Assembly: GCA_034226945.1 (NCBI GenBank)
Contig: CP120456.1
Coordinates: forward strand, 372,001 to 436,000
DNA from: Picochlorum sp. SENEW3
Lineage: Eukaryota
Direction: 5' to 3'
DNA length: 64,000 nt
The stretch's first letter is position 1. Every line of letters starts with the position of its first letter. Below the pieces are notes generated by a model. That model ran no database searches. It was not told the origin of the DNA and was given only the letters and a program-made list of their open reading frames with translations. The translations under genes and the position numbers were made by a program. Of this stretch, positions 56,422 through 64,000 are shown piece after piece.

Positions 56422-57320
56422 ATGTCTCAACGAGGTGGAATCTCGAAATCTCGAGTAAACCAGTTTCTGGTGCTGGTGTTTGTTTTCTGTCTCCCGTATT
56501 CAGTATCAGGTTTGGAAAAGTCTGTCAGAAATATTCAAAACTGCAACTATGAGGACAAAAATATCTGCTATGATGTACGGTTTTCTCTACTCTCGTGACA
56601 GTGCACCAGTACAACTAGTAGTGGTTGTAGTGACTATATAGTCATATATGATATCATGATATGTGATCGATCACAGGAGATGGCCAAGAGTTCAATTCTT
56701 CACAAGAAACTGACAACATGTGAATTTTTTTTTATGTACAGTGTGCTACTGGATATACAATAAGCAAGGATCAAAAACAGTGTATCAAATGTTCTATTAA
56801 AGACTGTTTCCAATGTTCAAACGATGGCAAGTCTTGTTTACGATGCAAGGAAGGTCTTTCCTTTGACAGCAAGACCAAAACTTGCAGCGGATGCAAAGTC
56901 GCCAATTGCCAGACATGTGAAAAGGACCTCTCCACGTGTACGAAATGTTTGTATGATCTGCGAACAGATACTTCGTATGGTCTTGTGGGCAATACATGTG
57001 TGTCATGTGCCAAGTTTGATAAGAATGCCATTGCCTGTGACAACAGCAAGGTTACAGCGTGCAAGGCTGGATTCTATGTGGACAAGACACGCAATGCATG
57101 TCCAGTGTGCGCCTTACCTTGCACTGCATGCGAAGGAAGTGCTACATATTGTAGTGTCTGTGACACTGGCTATGGTATCAATGCAGTCAATGGTAGATGT
57201 ATTCCCAAAGGAGACCTGGAATCGGATGCTCAAGCCCCAGCAGCGACCAAGAGCGCTGCAGCCTATACGAAAGTGGTACAGCATATCCTTGGAACCCTGA
57301 CATTGATCTTCATGATGTGA
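56422..57320 (+). CDS. secreted CxxC-repeat (furin-like / VSP-like) surface protein; exons 56422-56574, 56742-57320 (243 aa)
   Basis: Signal peptide FLVLVFVFCLPYSVSG, repeated CxxC..GY/F units, hydrophobic C-terminal tail; phase-0 intron. Confidence 0.82.
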
Positions 57321-57976
57321 GGAACCATGTGTGATGCTTAATAATAATGCGTTACATATGTGTGAATACACATGTGGATTCGCGGCATTGCATAGAGTCT
57401 GTGGTCTGTTTTTACATTCTTTTCCTTGGACTCGCCGAGTTTGAAAAACCATATGACTGTAATAAAGAAACAACATACCAAAAAACACACGTCATCAGAC
57501 CTGGCATAAAAAGGTGTACCATTGTCTGTGAAGTGGGCTATCGAGACTGATAATTTTCTGGAAAGTGCGTTTGGCATACTCCTTTTTTCATACACGGTGC
57601 TTAAGGATTTTGCTCCCCACGTGGTTCGTGGAAGGTATGTTTCAAAACCAATTCCTGAAGAGCAGGGTCATTGATCAACATTGCTTTGGTTGGGCCATCT
57701 GCACTTGTGATTAGCCTGAATGATTCTTTTCATGTGACCAACGTATGCATGTGAGGTAAAACCCGCTTCTGAAACTCCGTAGACTATAATATATTCCATC
57801 AACAAGTCCATTGATTTGCCCAACCTTTACAGCTTCATACAATTCCTTTACTTCTAGTGAAAACACTCTGCAGATTACTTCTATCTGAGCAACCGTTGAT
57901 TATCCAGCTCTGATTTTTATTATTATTTATTAAATAGTTAGACTCATAAATAGTGTGTAGATCGGATGATGCTTGC

Positions 57977-59023
57977 ATGATGGAAGAGTTTGGACAAGGG
58001 CTGGCGAGGTTGCGGCATGTCCTTGGGTACATGGTATCCACCCATGAGCCAGGCGCACCGGTGCGATACATGGTTGTTTATGGACATATATACATTCTGG
58101 ATGCCTAATACGGTTGTATTATATTATTGCAGTTGCCTCCTCCCCCGCTGGAGTTGAAAGAATTGGCTGAGAAGACTGTGTATTTTGCTAGTATTGGTGC
58201 TGTGCTGCAGGGTGGGCTGCGCTACGCGTATGAGAAGAGGTCTGGTGTGACAGAGGAGGGAAAACAACTGCAGCAGAGGCGTAGAGCGCTGGCAGAGGCG
58301 TATCGGAATAGGTTGATGCGGGTGGCGCATTCGTCGTTGCAGGGGGTGGGGAGGTTTGGAGGGATCTCAGCATTGTACTTTGGAGCAGAGTTTCTGGCTG
58401 CAGTGTTCAGGGATTGTCGTGATTATTATAATTCTACGATTGGTGGTCTTGTTGCTGGATCATTTGTGGGAGCATCATGTGCGTCGTATCATTTTTTTTT
58501 TCCTGGTTGCTCGCCTTGTTGTTGTCTTTTTATTTTTCCTTGGTTCATGTATGGGTGAAAGCATACAAGTGCATCTTCGATGCCTACTAGATGAATACAT
58601 GATATATTATACGACACACATGCGTGTGCAGTGATGGCCGGAAAGGGAGGTGGCAGTCTAGGGCGAATTCGAGGAATGATTCTTGGGTGTGCTCTGGGAG
58701 GAGCTCTTGGATTCCCTGCAGGATTGATTCAGGATGCATTGATAGAATCGCTACCTGAGGAAGAGGCTCGTGTCAGAATGATTGCAATAGAAGAGACCAG
58801 AAAGATTGCTGCTGGCCATGGTAATACTGTGACCCCATTTAGTCAGTACATGTCCTTGCAGAGTACACAGGACCCAGTGGGCAATGTGATTGCCCATTTA
58901 GAGCAGGGCTTGCGCGAGTCTAAGTCATCCCACTCAACTCAAAATGAAAAAGAAGAAGAAGAACAAGTGGGCGAGCAAGGCAGTCCTCGTGGCACGTCGC
59001 GATGGCGATGGCCGTGGTGGTAG
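57977..59023 (+). CDS. Tim17/Tim22/Tim23/PMP24 family membrane protein; exons 57977-58060, 58133-58478, 58632-59023
   Basis: GRFGGISALYFGAE, RDYYNSTIGGLVAGSFVG, GCALGGALG GxxxG helices; phase-consistent introns. Confidence 0.82.
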
Positions 59024-59155
59024 GGGGCGCCTCAAGGCGCGAGGGCTAGAGCGCTCTAGAGTCTCATTCCCCAAGTAGGTCAAAATCCTTTCAGCGTGGG
59101 ATATTAATATGAAATATTCGTTTTGAAGGTCATTGGAGACGAAATTTTGAACAAG

Positions 59156-60189
59156 ATGGCAATGCGAAAGTCAGCAACCCAGGTGTTGAAGAGATGTTTC
59201 GACTCTGGCAAGGGATTGTCTTGGAACCCCGCTCCTCTGGGTTCCAGCATGCGTGTGGTATGTTGACTGGATTTTTAGGTTCAAATATGAATGAATTCAT
59301 GTAAAAATGCGGTAGAAGAATCGGAGAATTGACCATGGGGCGTTTGTCTGTAGTTTGGGTCGACATCCGCGTATTCCAACTCTGCTGCTGCGCCAGAGCC
59401 AATTGTGAGTCCCACAGAGACTAGATCAAGCGCAGATGATGTTGATACCGTCGGATGGGGGTCTACGAAAGTTGGAACCCTTCTGAAGGCAAAGGTACGA
59501 GGGTCTCGGAGTTTCTCGGTTTGGACAAGGGTTCGGGAATTTGGTTGCTGTTGCATTCGGTCAGATTTGTGGTGTGATGGGGTGGATTGAGTTGGGTGTT
59601 GTGTGGGTTGCCTTGGACTGGCATCGTCATCGTGTCAGCTGATTATTATCTGTGATTTGTAGGCTGGAGAATCAGGAGCGTGGCTGTGGTGCAGTAAGGA
59701 CGAGATGGTCTTGGATGCCATTAGAAAGGTGGGTGAGACTGTGCCGGGCGTGTGAGGGTTGTTGCTCATCTATGTTTTGGTGTTTTTGTGTAGATGACGC
59801 ATGCGAACGTGGGGAGTTTGATGGTATTTGATCAAAAAAAGGTGGATCTTGAGGCGGAAGTGGAAGGGCATAAGGAGGACTCGGTTGTTGGGATTCTCAC
59901 AGAAAGAGACTATCTCACCAAAGTGGTTGTCAAGGGAAGGAACAGTTCCAGTACAAAGGTCTCTGAAATTATGACGCCAGCGAAGAATCTTGTCATGGTG
60001 ACACCCAAGCATAGTGTCTTGGATGTGATGGAGCTCATGGTGGAGAAGAATTTCAGGCATGTTCCAGTGGTGGAGAGCTCTGGTACCATGACTGGCATGG
60101 TGTCCATCAAGGATGTGGTTCATGTGATGTTGAAGGAGCACAGAGAGGAGGTTGGGCGCTTGAACGAATATATTCAAGGTACATTTTAG
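59156..60189 (+). CDS. CBSX3: CBS-domain protein, CBSX3-like, mitochondrial; four exons
   Basis: GAWLWC..VLDAIRK-MTHANVGSL, GILTERDYL, TKVSEIMT, FRHVPV, GMVSIKDVV, RLNEYIQG. Confidence 0.88.
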
Positions 60190-60399
60190 AGAGTGCCCTG
60201 GATTGGACACGATGATCGGACCACCTCTGCAGAGGTGGATGATGATAGATGTAATCGAGGTGATGATACTTCCACTTTCCAATAGATGCTTGATGTGTAC
60301 ATTATGTATGTGTGAAACTGTAATTCTGCGACTTTTTTTCATCTTCATTTACATATCTTGTGACATATATATCAGCGATGATGGCAAGACATGAGTGAT

Positions 60400-63300
60400 T
60401 TATACTGCTTCCACCACCATGGGGGCTGCAGCGGCTGTGCGAGCTTCACCCAGGAGGCAGTCTTGGCGGAAGCCGTTGGCAATGTCTCCAATATGAACAC
60501 CATTCATGATTTGAAGCACTGTCACATCTTCTGAGAATGGTAAATCTGGCAAGAGCTTGGGTGTGAGCAGGAAACACTGAGGGGTATCAGGTGCAGTTGC
60601 TGCATCAGCAAGGAGCTTGAACACTGAGCGTTCGTTAATACTGTCCATTCCTTGGTTGATCTCATCCACTACTCTGAATGGAGATGTTGTGACGCCTTGG
60701 AGTGCCATGAGGTACAAAATCGTGGATGTTGATGACTCTCCACCAGAGTGATAGGCAGAGTCCAGCGTTATGAGCTGTCCTTCCTCGCGGAATTTCACAC
60801 GAAGATCGATGGAGTACTTTGCAAAATCATCTCCATCCACTTCGTTAAAAACGACTTCTCCTGCAATACCAACGTGCTTGAAGGCTTCTGAAAAGTTTCT
60901 GTTGATTTGCTGCACAAGGCTTCTTACTTCAGGTGCCCAGGCCTGTTTCAACTGTTCAACCTTTTCAGAAATGGCGGTATACGTCTCCTCGTGCTCTGCC
61001 AACCTTGCTTTGTTGGTGGAAAGAATCTCTGTGATTCTCTCGTATCGTTGCTGTGCTCCTGGGTCACTGATGAGAATGCTGTCGTGCTGAGCCTTCTTCT
61101 CAGCCAAGCTCTCTTCAATCTCTCTCACATCTTGTGGAAGAAGACTGAATTCTTGCTTCAATTCTTCGGGGATTGGCAACCCGGTCTCCTCGACAGCATT
61201 CTTTTTCAACTGTTCAACATGCTCGCGGTGGCGGTTGACAGATTCTTGCAACTGATCCACCAGTTCAGCCATGTCATTCCTCTCCTTGAGTTTCGTCTTG
61301 CTTTTCTGTCCCAAGACATGAATTTGCTCTGTTAACTCTTTTGTGGCGAGGTCGCTGGTTGCATGCTTTAATAGTGCACTCTTGTACTTGTCCACAATGG
61401 TTGGCATCTTGACAGCCTTGTCCAATGCTTTCGCAAGATGTAACTTCAGGTCGTGCACGAGCTTATCCTTCTTCTTCAAAGGATCTTCTCTATTTTTCTG
61501 CATTTGCAACTGCTTTTCCTTGGTCGAAAGACTACCCTTGGCGTTTCTCAGTCTTTGTGCTGAATCAGATTGTGCCGAGGCGAGCTTTGTCCTTTCAGCC
61601 TTGATTTCATTCTTGTGGGTCTTGATCCGGTCAATATCGGGCTGCAATTCGTTCAAGTCCAATTGAACACGTTCTAATCTTGCCATTCGATCATCCAACT
61701 CCTTCTTGATTCTGACACATGCCCCACCAGCGTCACCTGATGATGATGCAGTCAAGATGCGTGCATCTTTCAGTTCTGTGATAGAAATAGTTGTGTTCGA
61801 GGCATCATATCGCGATACTGTCTTACGGACTTGATATTCCGAAGTCCATACTTGTTGAAGTTTTGGATTCGCATCAAAAACCTTCTGCCAACCCTTCTGA
61901 CCCTCAGCCATGACAAAGATGGATGAGATGAAAAAGTGATTGTCGAGAGCATGTTTGATCATGGGATGCGCTTGGAACGTTTCATCAAGAGTCGCTTCAA
62001 CTCCAAGAGATGCATATTTTGCGCTGTCACCACAAGTGCGGTTCAGAGGTGCGTTTACATCAGCCTCCACCACAGCAATGAGAGGCTCAATATTTCTGGC
62101 TTCCAATTCCCTCTTCAAAAGCTTCATATCCGACTCGTACTGTACAAATACATACGAAAGCCAATTGAATGGTAGGAGTTGTTCTAAAATTGACGCATAA
62201 TGCTTTTTCCGAACGTCAATTTCCATCACCAGTGGACCCACTACCTGGCCCTTGAACCTTCCCCTGTTTTTCTGCACATAATCATAAATTTCCCTCACAC
62301 CAGGCCTACTTTTCGCCAAATTATTCAGAGCTCTGTACTTTTTGTTATTTTCCTTTCCCAGCTGATCCTTCAAGGTGCGAATATTTTTCTGAAGCTTGTC
62401 GCGGGTGTCCTCCAAGTCACGTTGTGATCTGGCCACAGTGGATTCCTGGTTGATCAAGTCCTTCATCTGAAGGTCAAGCATTTGGATCTCTCTTTCAATC
62501 TTGGCGTCATTTTGATGCGTCAGCTGTTCAACCGTCTCTTTCAAATTTTGAACATCGTTCTCCATCATGCGAATTTTCGCCTTCCATTGATTCGAAGCCT
62601 CCTCCAAGTTCTGGATCTGATCATGCACACCCTGCGCAAGCGTCAAATGGTTCCCAACATCAGTATTCACTTTTTCAACATCATGCTTCCCCATCTCTTT
62701 GGCAGCCGTGTTTTTAGCTTGCTCTGCCTTCTTCTTCTGATCCGACTTGACCTTGACAGGACCCTTGGCAATAGAGTCTGCCTCCTTGTTCAATCGCTTG
62801 AGCGTTGCCATGGATTTCTTGAGCATCTCCTCATCCTTCTTGCCTTCTTCTACGCATTCATCATGCTCTCTCCATGCTTTATGCTTCTTCAGAACATTCA
62901 TCTGCTCTTGCAATCGCTTCTTCTCCCTCATTGGCCCCAAAGCCCTCTCAAGTTCTTCCAGCTCTTCTTCATGCCTTGCCACAGCAGCACCCTCCATGTC
63001 AACAAGCTTCTTCTTCTCATCCATATCCTTCTTCTCCTTGATCAACGATTCATGCAAATTATACAGATTTCCATCTCCAATCGCCATCTCTGTTGCCTTG
63101 AGCAACTCAATCGGCTTCATCCTTGCAAACTCACTGACCTTGTCCTGAGGCAAGAACTGACACAAGTTGTCCAGCTGAATGTTATACTTGGACACAATGT
63201 CCTTCACCTTGGTCATGGTTGACGTCTTCCCATTCACCCACCATTCATTCTGTGCCCCATTGGATGTCCTCCTCATTCTCCGCCGCACCACAAGCTTTCC

Positions 63301-63615
63301 CCCACGGTCATCCGCCAAGGTCACTTTAACCTCACCTTCATCAGTCCCCCGTCGGATAAAGGACGCAATATCGTCCGCTCGACCCAGCAATTTGGTGCTC
63401 CCAGCAAGGCCAACACACAAGGCACAGACAAATGACGATTTACCTGTCCCATTGGGACCCAACACCAGGTTCAATGTTGGACCAGGCTCAATAACACAAT
63501 TCGAATACGTCATAAAATTCTTCACCTCCACACGCATCACAGAACCTGGGCGATATCCAACAGTCATCCTCGCCCTCTTTCGTGCCTGCTCATCGGCCAA
63601 GGCCTCTTCTACCAT
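60400..63615 (-). CDS. SMC5: structural maintenance of chromosomes protein 5
   Basis: NFMTY, GPNGTGKS, NIQLDNLCQFLPQDKV, coiled coils with hinge, HSGGE signature, FRVVDEINQGMD, QCFLLTPKLLP. Confidence 0.96.
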   Translation of the reverse strand: MVEEALADEQARKRARMTVGYRPGSVMRVEVKNFMTYSNCVIEPGPTLNLVLGPNGTGKSSFVCALCVGLAGSTKLLGRADDIASFIRRGTDEGEVKVTLADDRGGKLVVRRRMRRTSNGAQNEWWVNGKTSTMTKVKDIVSKYNIQLDNLCQFLPQDKVSEFARMKPIELLKATEMAIGDGNLYNLHESLIKEKKDMDEKKKLVDMEGAAVARHEEELEELERALGPMREKKRLQEQMNVLKKHKAWREHDECVEEGKKDEEMLKKSMATLKRLNKEADSIAKGPVKVKSDQKKKAEQAKNTAAKEMGKHDVEKVNTDVGNHLTLAQGVHDQIQNLEEASNQWKAKIRMMENDVQNLKETVEQLTHQNDAKIEREIQMLDLQMKDLINQESTVARSQRDLEDTRDKLQKNIRTLKDQLGKENNKKYRALNNLAKSRPGVREIYDYVQKNRGRFKGQVVGPLVMEIDVRKKHYASILEQLLPFNWLSYVFVQYESDMKLLKRELEARNIEPLIAVVEADVNAPLNRTCGDSAKYASLGVEATLDETFQAHPMIKHALDNHFFISSIFVMAEGQKGWQKVFDANPKLQQVWTSEYQVRKTVSRYDASNTTISITELKDARILTASSSGDAGGACVRIKKELDDRMARLERVQLDLNELQPDIDRIKTHKNEIKAERTKLASAQSDSAQRLRNAKGSLSTKEKQLQMQKNREDPLKKKDKLVHDLKLHLAKALDKAVKMPTIVDKYKSALLKHATSDLATKELTEQIHVLGQKSKTKLKERNDMAELVDQLQESVNRHREHVEQLKKNAVEETGLPIPEELKQEFSLLPQDVREIEESLAEKKAQHDSILISDPGAQQRYERITEILSTNKARLAEHEETYTAISEKVEQLKQAWAPEVRSLVQQINRNFSEAFKHVGIAGEVVFNEVDGDDFAKYSIDLRVKFREEGQLITLDSAYHSGGESSTSTILYLMALQGVTTSPFRVVDEINQGMDSINERSVFKLLADAATAPDTPQCFLLTPKLLPDLPFSEDVTVLQIMNGVHIGDIANGFRQDCLLGEARTAAAAPMVVEAV

Positions 63616-64000
63616 TGTGACAAACAACACTCGCGTCTCCTAGTCGTTCGAGTGGTCTTCTATTCAAAATAACACGCAACCACCTGGCCACGCAAAACCT
63701 CCATACGAACGGACAACTCTGCATAACATTAAAATCATAGTATTTCTGCCAACAACGCGGAGCACAAGAATCAAGGAGCGAATCCGGACACCTGTCACCA
63801 GATTTCCTCACACGAGGCACACGCAACAACCAGAACAGGATATACCAAGATTAGAATCACTCAATAACAAAATACGCACCGTATACTACTGAATAAGAAT
63901 AAAAGTGCGCCAACCGCACCCTCACCTGGCAATCTACATCATTTGGTTGCCTGTTTGAATTTTCCATTGTTACGAACAGATATTTTAATGTCTTTATCAA

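Noticed and set aside
62482..63222. 246-aa plus-strand ORF and similar ORFs opposite SMC5, selD, HEMA and the coiled-coil genes
   Set aside because: Antisense artefacts of codon bias in well-supported genes
3509..63615. Genome-maintenance cluster (RadA, SUMO-like, CDC6, SMC5)
   Set aside because: Dispersed among about 33 genes and acting in different compartments; compatible with chance
1..64000. Prokaryotic operon, CRISPR array, rRNA or tRNA genes
   Set aside because: Spliceosomal introns and eukaryotic genes throughout; no regularly spaced direct repeats or recognisable structural RNA genes seen

Overview
Eukaryotic nuclear DNA from a very compact green alga (roughly 45-47% GC, short GT-AG introns, intergenic gaps often under 200 bp, TGTAA polyadenylation motifs). 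By inference it is a trebouxiophyte, Picochlorum-like. I can support about 33 protein-coding genes: a WD40+RRM protein, organellar RadA, D-amino acid oxidase, a CNMT/CFA-like methyltransferase, NAA25, PLAC8, an MTA9/AMT6-7-like MT-A70 protein, 5-FCL, ATP23, ArfGAP, a SUMO-like-domain protein, a DnaJ-zinc-finger/DUF2389 protein, A_thal_3526, CBM20, UFD2, NDH-SelD fusion, GT47, CDC6, GLYR, HEMA, an SMP-C2 protein, DUF1640, a PPR protein, a TIGR04283-like GT2, a VSP-like Cys-rich protein, a Tim17-family protein, CBSX3, SMC5 and several coiled-coil proteins. There is also a 5'-truncated L1-like retrotransposon ORF2 and a palindrome-rich accessory segment at about 54.2-56.7 kb containing a decayed OTU-like reading frame. 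The most striking observation is a spliced auxin-efflux-carrier (AEC/PIN/PILS-fold) transporter whose central loop is made of MORN repeats; its long intron has snoRNA-like boxes. All family calls come from motif recognition by eye and exon models from manual splice-site reading. No searches were run.
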